Notes: generated by a model from the letters alone, not told the origin. A stretch of 52,484 bases of DNA from Gaiellales bacterium (GCA_036494095.1 DASXOR010000075.1:1-52484), one strand, 5' to 3'. Positions 1 through 9,640 are shown, counted from the stretch's first letter. Program-made: numbers and translations.

Positions 1-31
1 GGGCGCGCCCGCACGCCGCGGATGTCACGAC

Positions 32-238
32 CTAGGCGAGGGGCGAGACGTTGGTCGCCTCGGGGCCCTTCGAGCCCTCACGGCTCTCGTACTCGACCTT
101 CGAGCCCTCGACGAGCGACTTGAAACCGTCGCCGGTGATCGAGGAGTGGTGGACGAACAGATCCTTCGACCCTTCGTCCGGCGAGATGAAGCCGTAGCCC
201 TTCGCGTCGTTGAACCACTTCACAGTTCCAGTTGACAT
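32..238 (-). CDS. cspA: Cold-shock protein (CspA family)
   Basis: 68-aa ORF. Cold-shock domain with RNP1-like KGYGFI and RNP2-like LFVHH motifs ([20 protein letters not shown]...). GGGAGG Shine-Dalgarno about 6 nt upstream of the ATG on the minus strand. Confidence 0.95.
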   Translation of the reverse strand: MSTGTVKWFNDAKGYGFISPDEGSKDLFVHHSSITGDGFKSLVEGSKVEYESREGSKGPEATNVSPLA

Positions 239-459
239 ATTGCACCTCCCTTACGGAGTAACGAACGAGTAAGGAAGTGCGGATGCGCAACCGAACGAGC
301 GTTCTTGACAACCGCACCCTAGCAGGCCGTCACGTCTCCGGTGCAAGGCCGCGGGTTCGTGTGGGGCGATCCCGGCGTGCTGGCCGTCTGGGCGGCCGTC
401 GGCCTCGCGGTCGCCCTGCGCCCCTTCGCGTGGGCTCCCGCGGCGGCCGCGGGGTGAGA

Positions 460-1410
460 TCACGCCCAGGCGGACAGCCGCTCGGCCAGGGCTCTGACGC
501 TCGTGCGCAGCTCCTGCGGCGTCCGGATCGTGAACGGGCAGTCGAGCCGGGCGAGCACCGTCGCCATCCAGTCGAGCGAGCTCACCCGCATCCGCAGCAG
601 CGTGCCGCCGTCGGCATCGACGAGCTCGGCCAGCGTGCCCGGCAGGCGCCGGGCGGCCTGGTCCAGCGGCAGGTCGAGCAGCACCTCGACCTGCCACGGC
701 CAGGGCACTCGTGCAAGCGACGTCGAGACGTGCGCCACCGCGTCGAACCCCGCGGGCGCCGGCTCGCCGGCGGCGTCGACCGCGGTGACGCGGCGCATGC
801 GGTCGACGCGGAACGTGCGCAGCTCCTCGCGCAGGTGGTCGTGCGCCGCCAGATACCAGCGACCCGAGTGCACGACCAGGCCGTGGGGCGAGAGCTCGCG
901 CCGCGTGCGCTCGCCCGCGAACGAGCGGTAGCTCGTGCGCACCCGCCGCCGCCGCCGGATCGCCTCGGCCAGCACCAGCGCGGTGTCGGCCGGCACGGGC
1001 ACGGCGGCCGCGGCGGCCGCGGTGAAGTCGAGGGTGGACTCGAGCGACTGCACCCGCCGGCGCAGCTGCTCGGGCAGCGCCCGGTGGACCTTCTCGAGCG
1101 CCGTCGCGGCCGACTCGGGCGAGCCGGCCAGTCCCAGCCGGCCGGCTGCGACGACGCCGAGCGCGACCGCCACCGCCTCGTCGTCACGCAGCATCAGCGG
1201 CGGCAGCCGGAACCCCGGCCGCATCGCGTAGCCGCCGCCGACGCCGCGCTGGCCCTCGACCGGGATGCCGAGCCCTCGCAGCGCGTCGATGTCGCGGCGC
1301 ACCGTGCGCCGGTCGATGCCGAGCCGGTCGGAGATCTCGCGGCCCGTCGCCGCGGGTGTGGACTGGAGCAGCTCCAGCAGCTCGAGCAGGCGTGCGGTCG
1401 GGGTCGACAT
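460..1410 (-). CDS. HTH + WYL-domain transcriptional regulator (YafY-like)
   Basis: N-terminal winged HTH (RLLELLELLQSTPAATGREISDRLGIDRRTVRRDIDALRGLGIPV) and a central WYL-type segment (HSGRWYLAAHD). ATG at 1410 preferred over the TTG at 1425 in the track ORF. Divergent from the 1506-2997 cassette. Confidence 0.85.
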   Translation of the reverse strand: MSTPTARLLELLELLQSTPAATGREISDRLGIDRRTVRRDIDALRGLGIPVEGQRGVGGGYAMRPGFRLPPLMLRDDEAVAVALGVVAAGRLGLAGSPESAATALEKVHRALPEQLRRRVQSLESTLDFTAAAAAAVPVPADTALVLAEAIRRRRRVRTSYRSFAGERTRRELSPHGLVVHSGRWYLAAHDHLREELRTFRVDRMRRVTAVDAAGEPAPAGFDAVAHVSTSLARVPWPWQVEVLLDLPLDQAARRLPGTLAELVDADGGTLLRMRVSSLDWMATVLARLDCPFTIRTPQELRTSVRALAERLSAWA

Positions 1411-1505
1411 CTGCACCCAAGTCAAGCACAGATTGAGGGCGGAATCGGCCCTATTTGAGCGATACGGTCACCGGGACACGACGACGCGAGACCGATGGGG
1501 GAGCG

Positions 1506-2003
1506 ATGCACGAGACGATGCAGGCTCGGGGCACCGAGCACGACTTCGATTTCTGGTTCGGCAGCTGGAACGTCAGCAACCGCCGGCTGCGCGAGCGGCT
1601 GGCCGGGTGCGAGGACTGGGTCGAGTTCGCGGCCACGTCCGAGGCCCGGCCGATCCTGGACGGCCTCGGCAACGAGGACGTGTTCCACACCGATCACGCC
1701 GGCGGCTTCGTCGGCATGTCGTTCCGGTTCTTCGACCCGGAGTCCGGGCTGTGGTCGATCTACTGGGCCGACAGCCGCCGCTCGGGGCTGCTGGATCCGC
1801 CGGTGATCGGCGGCTTCTGCGGCGACGTGGGCGTGTTCGAGGGCGACGACACCTTCGCGGGGGAGCCGATCCGGGTGCGGTTCGTGTGGTCGGGCGTGAC
1901 GACGCCGACGCCGCGCTGGGAGCAGGCGTTCTCCGATGACGGCGGCGACACCTGGGAGACGAACTGGATCATGGACTTCTCGCGGGAGGGGGAGACGCGA
2001 TGA
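1506..2003 (+). CDS. Conserved protein of unknown function, tandem paralog 1
   Basis: Start moved to ATG 1506 (GGGGGAG SD just upstream), which gives 165 aa, the same length as the downstream paralog. Shares DFDFW.G.W..NRRLRER.AGC..W.EF...LWSIYWADSR..GLL.PPVIGGF.GDVGVFEG.DTFAG with it. I recall the family as DUF1579-like, but this is not verified. Confidence 0.8.
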   Translation: MHETMQARGTEHDFDFWFGSWNVSNRRLRERLAGCEDWVEFAATSEARPILDGLGNEDVFHTDHAGGFVGMSFRFFDPESGLWSIYWADSRRSGLLDPPVIGGFCGDVGVFEGDDTFAGEPIRVRFVWSGVTTPTPRWEQAFSDDGGDTWETNWIMDFSREGETR

Positions 2004-2497
2004 GCACGTCCGCGCAGATGCAGGGGACGGCGAGCGACTTCGATTTCTGGATGGGCACCTGGACCGCCCACAACCGGCGGCTGCGCGAGCGCTTCGCCGG
2101 CTGCGACGAGTGGGACGAGTTCACGGCCACGATCGTCGCCCGGCCGGTGCTCGGCGGGAAGGGCAACGTCGAGGAGTTCCGCACCGACTACGCCGGCGGC
2201 TACGTCGGCCTGGCCATGCGGTTCTTCGATCCCGGGACGCGGCTGTGGTCGATCTACTGGGCCGACAGCCGCTTCACGGGCCTGCTCGAGCCGCCCGTGA
2301 TCGGCGGCTTTGCCGGTGACGTGGGCGTGTTCGAAGGGCCCGACACGTTCGCCGGCCGGCCCATCGTCGTACGCTACACGTGGTCGGGAGCGACGACGCC
2401 GACTCCGCGCTGGGAGCAGTCGCTGTCCGACGACGACGGGCAGACGTGGGAGACGAACTTCGAGAGCGACTTCACCCGGGTGGAGGACGACCGATGA
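2000..2497 (+). CDS. Conserved protein of unknown function, tandem paralog 2
   Basis: 165-aa ORF. Its ATG overlaps the upstream stop (ATGA at 2000-2003). Collinear similarity to the 1506-2003 product along its full length. Confidence 0.85.
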   Translation: MSTSAQMQGTASDFDFWMGTWTAHNRRLRERFAGCDEWDEFTATIVARPVLGGKGNVEEFRTDYAGGYVGLAMRFFDPGTRLWSIYWADSRFTGLLEPPVIGGFAGDVGVFEGPDTFAGRPIVVRYTWSGATTPTPRWEQSLSDDDGQTWETNFESDFTRVEDDR

Positions 2498-2997
2498 GCG
2501 CCCTCGACGAGGTTGGCCTGATCCCCGCCGGCTACCGGCACGTGGCCAAGCTGGCCGTTCCCGGCCCGCCGCTGCGGGTCGAGGGGACGGTGCTCAAGTG
2601 GTACGAGGTGGCCCCGGGCGACGCCCCCGTCCCCGACCAGATCCGCACGCTCGCCCGGGCCGCCCTGGAGGACTCATCGGCGGCCTGGGAGCTCGAGCTC
2701 TCGGCCGACATCGGATTCGTCATCCTGCACCGCTGCGGGCGGGACTTCTACTTCCTTCTGATCTGCACCTGGCGCAACCAGAACGAGGTGTGGGAGACGG
2801 TGTGGGCGAAGGACGGCGAGGCCGACGCCGCCTTCCGGCCGTGGCGCACCACCGGGCCGCACCGCCCCACCTACTGCGTCTGGGAGCTCGGCGTCGTCTG
2901 CCACGAGGCGCGCGCGTGGGCTCGGTACCTACGCTCGCCCCGTGACCCGGAGGCCCGCCGGGCCTACCTCGAAGACGGCTTCGACGGGACGGTGTAA
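2494..2997 (+). CDS. Hypothetical protein (third gene of the ATGA-coupled cassette)
   Basis: In-frame ATG at 2494 overlaps the upstream stop (ATGA 2494-2497), giving 167 aa. High GC3. No motif I can name. Confidence 0.7.
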   Translation: MSALDEVGLIPAGYRHVAKLAVPGPPLRVEGTVLKWYEVAPGDAPVPDQIRTLARAALEDSSAAWELELSADIGFVILHRCGRDFYFLLICTWRNQNEVWETVWAKDGEADAAFRPWRTTGPHRPTYCVWELGVVCHEARAWARYLRSPRDPEARRAYLEDGFDGTV

Positions 2998-3103
2998 TCC
3001 CAGTTTCTGGTAGCGGCGAGTTCCCCATAACGGGGGTTCTCGGATCGGCCGGGGCACGTCATGGTGAGTTTCGACCCCTTCCCGTGATCGAGGTGCGGCT
3101 CGC

Positions 3104-3490
3104 ATGCTTCGACGGATGATTGCGCTGGCCCTGGCCGGCCTGGCGGTGGTGGCGCCTCCAGCACTTGCGTCGCCCCACTGGAACACACAGATCAAGAACG
3201 CCTCGGACACCGCATCCCGCGTGGCCGGGGGCTGCTCGATCGACAAGGGGTCGCGGACGGGCTCGCTGCTCGTGAACTGCCCCGACCACCACAGCGCGAC
3301 GCTCGTCTACCTGTTCACGACGAGGCACTCGGTGCAGGGCAAGCCCTGGGCGCGTGTGGGCGACACCGGCTGGGGCAGGGTCGACGAATCCGCCCAGGTG
3401 TCCGGCAAGTCGATCCGGGTCACGCTGACCGTGTCAGGTCACGCCCGCGTCCAGCTGACCACGATCACGGTCTGCTACTACACGCGATAG
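3104..3490 (+). CDS. Secreted hypothetical protein
   Basis: 128 aa. The N-terminus MLRRMIALALAGLAVVAPPALA-SP looks like a Sec signal peptide with an AxA cleavage site. Four Cys in the mature part. Confidence 0.6.
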   Translation: MLRRMIALALAGLAVVAPPALASPHWNTQIKNASDTASRVAGGCSIDKGSRTGSLLVNCPDHHSATLVYLFTTRHSVQGKPWARVGDTGWGRVDESAQVSGKSIRVTLTVSGHARVQLTTITVCYYTR

Positions 3491-3492
3491 GC

Positions 3493-4467
3493 CTACCCGA
3501 GAGCCGTCACGAACTCCTCGAGCTCGGCCTCGATGTGGTGGCCGGGCAGGTCGTGATTGCAGTAGTCGTACTCGAGCAGGCGCTTGGGCGCGGTGATCGC
3601 GTTGTAGGCCGCGTACACGGTCGAGGGCGGGCAGCACGCGTCCATCAGGCCGACGCTCACGGTCGTCGAGGCGCGGATCCGGGGCGCGAGCACCGCGTTG
3701 TCGACGTAGCGCAGCGTGTCGAGCACCGTGGGGATGTGCTCCTGGTGCAGCGACAGGAAGTCGACGAGCTCGGTGTACGGCGGCTCGGCGGCGATCGTTA
3801 TGGCGTGGGGGATGTCGCACATGTAGGGCATGTGCGCCTGGCACAGGCGAACGCCGTCGGGATGGAGGGCCGCCGCCGCGAGCGACATGGCGCCGCCCTG
3901 GCTGAACCCCGCGACCCCGATCCGGTCGGGGTCGACCCGGTCGTGGGCGGCGGCGGTCTCGACTCCGCGCACCGCGTCGACGTACAGGCGGCGGTAGTAG
4001 TAGTCGCAGCGGTCGAGGATGCCGCGCGTCATCACGCCCGGCGCCTCCGGGCCCGACCTCCCGCCGCCGGGGTCGCCGGTCGCGCCGGATGACCAGCTGC
4101 CGCCCTGCGCGCGGCTGTCGACGACCAGCTCGGCGCAGCCCGCGGCGGCGTAGAGCGTGTGGTCGGCAGCCGGGCCGCGGCCGCCGCCGTAGCCGATGAA
4201 CGTCACCCGGCACGGCAGCCGGCCCTCGGCCCCTTGCGGGCACAGGAACCACGCCCGCACGGGGTCGCCGGCGGCGCCGGTGAATGTGACGTCGAACACG
4301 TCGATGCGCCGGTACACCGCCGTGCGGTAGGGCTCGAACTCGGGTGGACGCGCCTGCGCCCGGGCATCGGCGAGCGCCTCCTGCCAGTAGTCGTCCAGGT
4401 CGCCCGGTGCGACCACCGCCGAGCGATAGGTGCGCAGCTCCTCCAGGGGGGCATCGAAATAGGGCAT
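3493..4467 (-). CDS. Acetyl xylan esterase / cephalosporin-C deacetylase family (CE7, alpha/beta hydrolase)
   Basis: Real start is ATG 4467 (MPYFDAPLEELRTYR...), preceded by GGAGGA. The track ORF extension to 4884 is Ala/Ser/Arg-rich shadow. Nucleophile elbow GFSQGG; length 324 aa fits the family. Confidence 0.85.
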   Translation of the reverse strand: MPYFDAPLEELRTYRSAVVAPGDLDDYWQEALADARAQARPPEFEPYRTAVYRRIDVFDVTFTGAAGDPVRAWFLCPQGAEGRLPCRVTFIGYGGGRGPAADHTLYAAAGCAELVVDSRAQGGSWSSGATGDPGGGRSGPEAPGVMTRGILDRCDYYYRRLYVDAVRGVETAAAHDRVDPDRIGVAGFSQGGAMSLAAAALHPDGVRLCQAHMPYMCDIPHAITIAAEPPYTELVDFLSLHQEHIPTVLDTLRYVDNAVLAPRIRASTTVSVGLMDACCPPSTVYAAYNAITAPKRLLEYDYCNHDLPGHHIEAELEEFVTALG

Positions 4468-4543
4468 GGATCCTCCGCGGTCTCGGTTGCCGGCGGCGTG
4501 GGTTATCTCACGTAGCGGCCGGGCTCGTAGAATCACGCGCACG

Positions 4544-5347
4544 ATGACCCAGAACCCGTTCGACTTCACCGGCCGGATCGCCCTCGTCACGGGCTGCGGG
4601 AGCGAGTCCGGCATCGGCCACGCCTGCGCCCGGCTGCTCGCCGAGCTCGGCGCGGGCGTCGCGCTGACGGCGACCACCGAGCGCGTCGAGGAGCGGGCGG
4701 CCGAGCTGCGCGCCGCCGGCGCGGCCGCAACGGCGCACGTCGCCGACCTGACCGTCCGCGAGCAGGCGTTCGCGCTCGCCGAGGCCGTCGAGCGGGCGCA
4801 CGGCCGCATCGACGTCCTCGTGAATGCGGCCGGGATCGCCCAGACAGGCATTCCCGCACCCGACGCTGCCTTTGCCGACCTCACCGCCGCGCAATGGCAG
4901 CGCGAGCTCGACGTGAACCTGATGACGGCGATCTACACGGCGCAGGCGGCGCTGCCCGGCCTGGTGCGGCGCGGCTACGGGCGCATCGTGATGATCTCGT
5001 CGGTCACCGGGCCGCTCGTGATGGCGCCGCGGCAGGCCGGCTACGGGGCCGGCAAGGGCGCGATGGACGGGGTCATGCGCTCGATCGCGCTCGACTACGG
5101 CCGCCACGGCATCACCGCCAACTCCGTCGCGCCGGGGTGGATCGACACGGCCTCGTCGCTCGACGACGAGCTCGTCGCGGCCCGCTCGACCCCGATCGGC
5201 CGCGCCGGCACCGCCCGGGAGGCCGCGGCCGTGGCCGTGTTCCTGGCGTCGGAGGCGGCCGGCTACGTCACCGGCCAGGTCTTCGTCGTTGACGGCGGCA
5301 ACACCATCCAGGCGCCGCACGGGATCGACCTGTACGGCGGTGGGTAG
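4544..5347 (+). CDS. Short-chain dehydrogenase/reductase (FabG-like)
   Basis: Start at ATG 4544 ([27 protein letters not shown], the TGxxxGxG cofactor motif). Catalytic YGAGK (YxxxK). 267 aa. Confidence 0.9.
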   Translation: MTQNPFDFTGRIALVTGCGSESGIGHACARLLAELGAGVALTATTERVEERAAELRAAGAAATAHVADLTVREQAFALAEAVERAHGRIDVLVNAAGIAQTGIPAPDAAFADLTAAQWQRELDVNLMTAIYTAQAALPGLVRRGYGRIVMISSVTGPLVMAPRQAGYGAGKGAMDGVMRSIALDYGRHGITANSVAPGWIDTASSLDDELVAARSTPIGRAGTAREAAAVAVFLASEAAGYVTGQVFVVDGGNTIQAPHGIDLYGGG

Positions 5348-5355
5348 GCAGAAAA

Positions 5356-5390
5356 GCGGGGCCTGGCCCCGCCACGCGGGGCCAGGCCCC
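5356..5390. terminator. Twin GC palindromes between convergent genes (likely bidirectional terminator; REP-like)
   Basis: GCGGGGCCTGGCCCCGC (5356-5372), then cac, then GCGGGGCCAGGCCCC (5376-5390). Each is self-complementary and the two are complementary to each other. Lies in the 48-bp gap between the SDR (+) and msrA (-). The same element recurs at 32542-32581. Confidence 0.6.
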
Positions 5391-5395
5391 AACCC

Positions 5396-6079
<684 letters not shown>

Positions 6080-6089
6080 ACCGTCTCGG

Positions 6090-6530
6090 CTAGGCCTCGA
6101 GCGTTACAGCGAGGCCGATCTCGACGTTGCCGCGCAGGGCATTGGAGACCGGGCAGCCCCGCTCGCCCTCCTCGGCCAGCCGCTCGAACTCGGCCTGGTC
6201 GAGCCCCGCGACGCGGCCGCGCACGGTCAGGTCGATGCGGGTGATCGCCACGCCGCCGCCGTCGAGCGGATCAAGGCGGCAGACAGCGTCCACCGCAAGG
6301 CGCTCGGGGGCGTGGCCGGCGCTTGCGAGCGTGTTGGAGAACGCCATCGCGTAGCAGGCGGCGTGCGCGGCGGCGATCAGCTCCTCCGGGCTCGTCCTGG
6401 GGTCGGGGCGGTTCGTGCGCGCCGCCCAGGTCACGACCTGCTCCGGGAATGCGCCGCTCGCGACGCTCACGCTCCCGCTGCCGCCGACCAGGTCACCCGC
6501 CCATACCGCGCTTGCTCGTGACTCCGCCAT
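6090..6530 (-). CDS. osmC: OsmC family peroxiredoxin
   Basis: Start ATG 6530 ([14 protein letters not shown]...) with a GGGAGGAG SD. The two conserved Cys are in AAHAACYAM and [10 protein letters not shown]. 146 aa; the track ORF extension to 6914 was rejected. Confidence 0.9.
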   Translation of the reverse strand: MAESRASAVWAGDLVGGSGSVSVASGAFPEQVVTWAARTNRPDPRTSPEELIAAAHAACYAMAFSNTLASAGHAPERLAVDAVCRLDPLDGGGVAITRIDLTVRGRVAGLDQAEFERLAEEGERGCPVSNALRGNVEIGLAVTLEA

Positions 6531-6608
6531 GTTCCACTCCTCCCGTCCGAGTCCGGCATGGACGATAGCGCCGGCGTGATCTATCGTCCGTGAGCAGGGG
6601 CTGGAGCG

Positions 6609-6815
6609 ATGACCTTTCGCGAGGCGGTCGAGATCAACACCCGGTTGCACGGGGGCCAGGCGGTGCCGACGGCTCAGCGAATGGCCCTGGCCTGGTATCT
6701 GACCGACCGGATCGACGCGGGCGACGCCGGAGAGCGCGAGCTGCTCGCGATGCTCTTCATGGCCGAGCACGTCCGCCCCGAGCTCGACCAGGTGTGGGCG
6801 TGTGGGCGGCACTGA
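6609..6815 (+). CDS. Small hypothetical protein
   Basis: 68-aa ORF with high GC3 and no recognisable motif. Ends just before or overlapping the MoaD/ThiS-like ORF. Confidence 0.45.
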   Translation: MTFREAVEINTRLHGGQAVPTAQRMALAWYLTDRIDAGDAGERELLAMLFMAEHVRPELDQVWACGRH

Positions 6816-6831
6816 GCCGGCCGTGGCCTCC

Positions 6832-7074
6832 GTGCGGGTGAATGTGCGTCTCTCCGGCACAATGGCGCAGCGGCTCGGCGCCCGGCGCACCCTCTCGCTC
6901 GCGCCCGGCTCCACCGTCGACGACCTGGTCGCGGCGCTCGCCCGCGATGCCGGCTTCGACCCGGCGTCGCTGCGCGGCCTCGCGGTCGTGGCCGAGGGCA
7001 GCTTCGTCGGCCGCAGCCGCGCGGTGGTCGACGGCGAGGAGCTGGACGTGCTCGTGCCGGTCGCGGGCGGCTGA
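6832..7074 (+). CDS. MoaD/ThiS-family beta-grasp protein with C-terminal Gly-Gly
   Basis: VRVNVRLSGTMAQRLGARRTLSLAPGSTVDDLVAALA...VLVPVAGG-stop. About 80 aa with the typical N-terminal strand and a terminal GG. The start is uncertain (GTG at 6802, 6823, 6832 or 6838). Confidence 0.65.
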   Translation: MRVNVRLSGTMAQRLGARRTLSLAPGSTVDDLVAALARDAGFDPASLRGLAVVAEGSFVGRSRAVVDGEELDVLVPVAGG

Positions 7075-7090
7075 GCCCGGTTGGCGGGTC

Positions 7091-8419
7091 CTAGCCGTTC
7101 ATGCCGTAGTGCGTGCGCACGAGCTCCTCGATCCCGAGCCTGGCGAGCGCCGCGACCGGCGCCAGGAAGGTGACCTGGATCACGCCCGGCGCGCGGCCGA
7201 TCTCGATCGCGCCCGTGATCGTGGCCCGGTTCTTCACCTCCGGCACGCTCATGTCGAGCAGCGCGGCCGACCGCTGCAGGCCGTTGTCGACGGCGCTATT
7301 CAGGTCGGGCCCCGTGCCGATCACCGAGATCGGCAGCGACTCCTCGATCTCGGCGACGCCGTTTCGGCGCGCGATCTCGGCCGCCCGCCCGCGCTCGGCC
7401 GCCGACAGCGGCCGGGCCAGGAACGGCAGGTCCTCGGCCACCGGCAGCAGGATCGGGCCGTCGATCGCAAGGCCCTTCAGCACGTGCACCTGCAGCGTGA
7501 CCGTGCCCGAGACGTCGCACGTGTGGCCCGCGATCTCGCCGTCGCCCTGCATGGCGTGCATATCGCCGAGGTAGATGCCGCCGCCGGCCACCTTCACCGG
7601 CGCGATCAGGATCGCCCCGGCCCGGGTCGAGTCGATGTCGAGGTGCCCGTCGGTGCGGCTCTCGAGCTGCTCCGGCGTGACCGCGTGCCGGTGGGGCGCC
7701 CCCAGCAGGAACGCCCCGAAGTCGCCCGCGTTGTGGGAGTCGGGCAGGTCGACGGCGGGGATCGTGCCGATCTGGCCCATGAACGGGCGCAGGCGCGTGG
7801 CCACGCCGACCAGGTCGTGTGGCGCGAAGAGCAGGATCGGGTTCTGCGCCGAGTGCTCGGGGATCGCGCCGACGGCCTGGGCGTCGTTTGCGAACAGCTC
7901 GGCCTGGTCGCGGCCCACGGTCACGCCGACCCGCCACTCGTCGTCGAACGCGATCGTGTAGCCGTTCGTGAACGCAAACGGGGATGCGGGGGCGCCGCAG
8001 TTCGCGCAGCGCACGCTGTCGGGGCCGATGCCCTCGATGACGGTGGCCTCATCCTCCTGCCCGCACGACGCGCACACCTTCGCGCAGAAGGGATCGCCGT
8101 TGAAACGGCCCTCGATCATGCGGTCGTTGCCCGACGAGGTCGCAAGCGAGGTCACCGAGATGTCTCGGATCGAGATGGCGACCGCGTCGCCGACCTCGGC
8201 GCCCGCGACGGCGACCGGCAGCGTCACCTCATGGCCGCCCTTGATGGCCGGCGTGATCATCGGTCCCCAGCAGCCGGGTGCGGTGTTGGCGACGATGTGG
8301 CCGCCGTCGCGCACCGGCCCGAGCATCTCCGAGCTCGGGCCGATGATGCCGTCGCAGAACCGGTCGACGAACACCGTCTCCGAGCCCTGCCGCGTCTTCG
8401 CCTGAGTCTCGACCGCCAT
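7091..8419 (-). CDS. Acetamidase/formamidase-family amidohydrolase
   Basis: Start ATG 8419 (MAVETQAKT...) with an AGGAGG SD. GDMHAMQGDGEI motif typical of the FmdA/AmdA family. 442 aa. The track ORF extension to 9589 is shadow over the thiolase gene. Confidence 0.85.
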   Translation of the reverse strand: MAVETQAKTRQGSETVFVDRFCDGIIGPSSEMLGPVRDGGHIVANTAPGCWGPMITPAIKGGHEVTLPVAVAGAEVGDAVAISIRDISVTSLATSSGNDRMIEGRFNGDPFCAKVCASCGQEDEATVIEGIGPDSVRCANCGAPASPFAFTNGYTIAFDDEWRVGVTVGRDQAELFANDAQAVGAIPEHSAQNPILLFAPHDLVGVATRLRPFMGQIGTIPAVDLPDSHNAGDFGAFLLGAPHRHAVTPEQLESRTDGHLDIDSTRAGAILIAPVKVAGGGIYLGDMHAMQGDGEIAGHTCDVSGTVTLQVHVLKGLAIDGPILLPVAEDLPFLARPLSAAERGRAAEIARRNGVAEIEESLPISVIGTGPDLNSAVDNGLQRSAALLDMSVPEVKNRATITGAIEIGRAPGVIQVTFLAPVAALARLGIEELVRTHYGMNG

Positions 8420-8515
8420 CGGGGAACCTCCTGCTGAGGGGGACCATGTGAGCGCCGCGTTTCGCAACCTATCACCGCCGCAAAACGACCATACTGCCGG
8501 ATACAGGAGGACGTC

Positions 8516-9640
8516 GTGACCGCCGTCATCGCGGGCTTTGCCCGATCGCCGTTTCACCCCGCCCGGCGCGGCCGGCTCGCCGGCGTCCGCCCTGACGACC
8601 TGGCCGGGGCGGTGATCGCGGCGCTCGTGGAGCGCACCGGCGTCGATCCGGCCGCGATCGAGGACGTGGTGCTCGGGTGCGCCTTTCCCGAGGCCGAGCA
8701 GGGCATGAACCTGGGCCGCATCGCGGCGACCATCGCCGGGCTGCCGGCGTCGGTCGCAGGGGCGACGGTGAACCGGCTGTGCGGATCGTCGATGCAGGCC
8801 GTGCACATGGCCGCGGGCGCGATCGCGATGGGCGCCGGCGACGCCTATGTGTGCGCCGGCGTCGAGTCGATGAGCCGCGTGCCGATGGGCGGGTGGAACC
8901 CGCTCCCCAACCCCGCCCTCGCCGAGCGCCGGCCCGAGGTGTACATGAGCATGGGGGAGACGGCCGAGAACGTCGCCGCCCGCTTCGCCGTCGGGCGCGC
9001 AGAGCAGGAGGCATTCGCCGTCGAGAGCCAGCGCAAGGCCGCAGCCGCAGTAGCCGGCGGGCGGCTGGCCGACGAGATCGTGACCGTGGGCGGCGTCGGC
9101 GAGGACGGCTGCCCGCGGCCCGACACCACCCTCGCCGGCCTGGCAGCGCTCGAGCCGGCGTTCGTCCGCGACGGCACCGTCACGGCCGGCACCTCGTCGC
9201 CGCTGACCGACGGGGCGGCCGCCGTACTCGTGACCTCCGAGCGGTTCGCCCGCGAGCACGGTCTTGAGCCGCTCGCCAGGGTGCGCTCCGTGGCCGTCTC
9301 GGGCTGCGAGCCGGAGGTGATGGGCATCGGGCCGGTGCAGGCGACGCGCAAGGCGGTCGAGCGGGCCGGGATCGGCGTCGATGAGCTCGACGTGGTCGAG
9401 CTGAACGAGGCCTTCGCCTCGCAGGCGGTCGCCTGCCTGCGCGAGCTCGGCATCGACTCCGCCCGGTGCAACATCGACGGCGGCGCGATCGCGCTCGGCC
9501 ACCCGCTGGGCGCGACCGGGGCGCGCATCACGGGCAAGGCCGCGCAGCTCCTGCACCGTGAGGGCGGACGCTACGCGCTCGCCACCCAATGCATCGGCGG
9601 CGGCCAGGGCATCGCCACGGTGCTCGAGGCGGTGGCGTGA
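8516..9640 (+). CDS. fadA: Acetyl-CoA C-acyltransferase (thiolase)
   Basis: GTG start with an AGGAGG SD. Active-site NRLCGSSMQA and C-terminal CIGGGQGIA. 374 aa. Confidence 0.93.
   Translation: MTAVIAGFARSPFHPARRGRLAGVRPDDLAGAVIAALVERTGVDPAAIEDVVLGCAFPEAEQGMNLGRIAATIAGLPASVAGATVNRLCGSSMQAVHMAAGAIAMGAGDAYVCAGVESMSRVPMGGWNPLPNPALAERRPEVYMSMGETAENVAARFAVGRAEQEAFAVESQRKAAAAVAGGRLADEIVTVGGVGEDGCPRPDTTLAGLAALEPAFVRDGTVTAGTSSPLTDGAAAVLVTSERFAREHGLEPLARVRSVAVSGCEPEVMGIGPVQATRKAVERAGIGVDELDVVELNEAFASQAVACLRELGIDSARCNIDGGAIALGHPLGATGARITGKAAQLLHREGGRYALATQCIGGGQGIATVLEAVA

Noticed and set aside
305-346. Promoter-like hexamers upstream of cspA: plus-strand TTGACA at 305-310, and minus-strand TTGCAC (346-341) with TAGGGT (321-316).
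   Set aside because: The plus-strand TTGACA has no downstream plus-strand gene. The minus-strand pair has a 19-nt spacer, too long for a confident call. It is left unannotated, although a long cspA 5' UTR is likely.
3493-4884. N-terminal extensions of track ORFs (3493-4884, 6090-6914, 7091-9589, 29243-30601, 37856-40048, 43393-45726, 45773-47014, 47045-48901, 48052-48819).
   Set aside because: In each case the family-specific sequence begins at an internal ATG or GTG with an SD or a stop-start overlap. The upstream part is low-complexity and overlaps a neighbouring gene, so shorter coordinates were reported.
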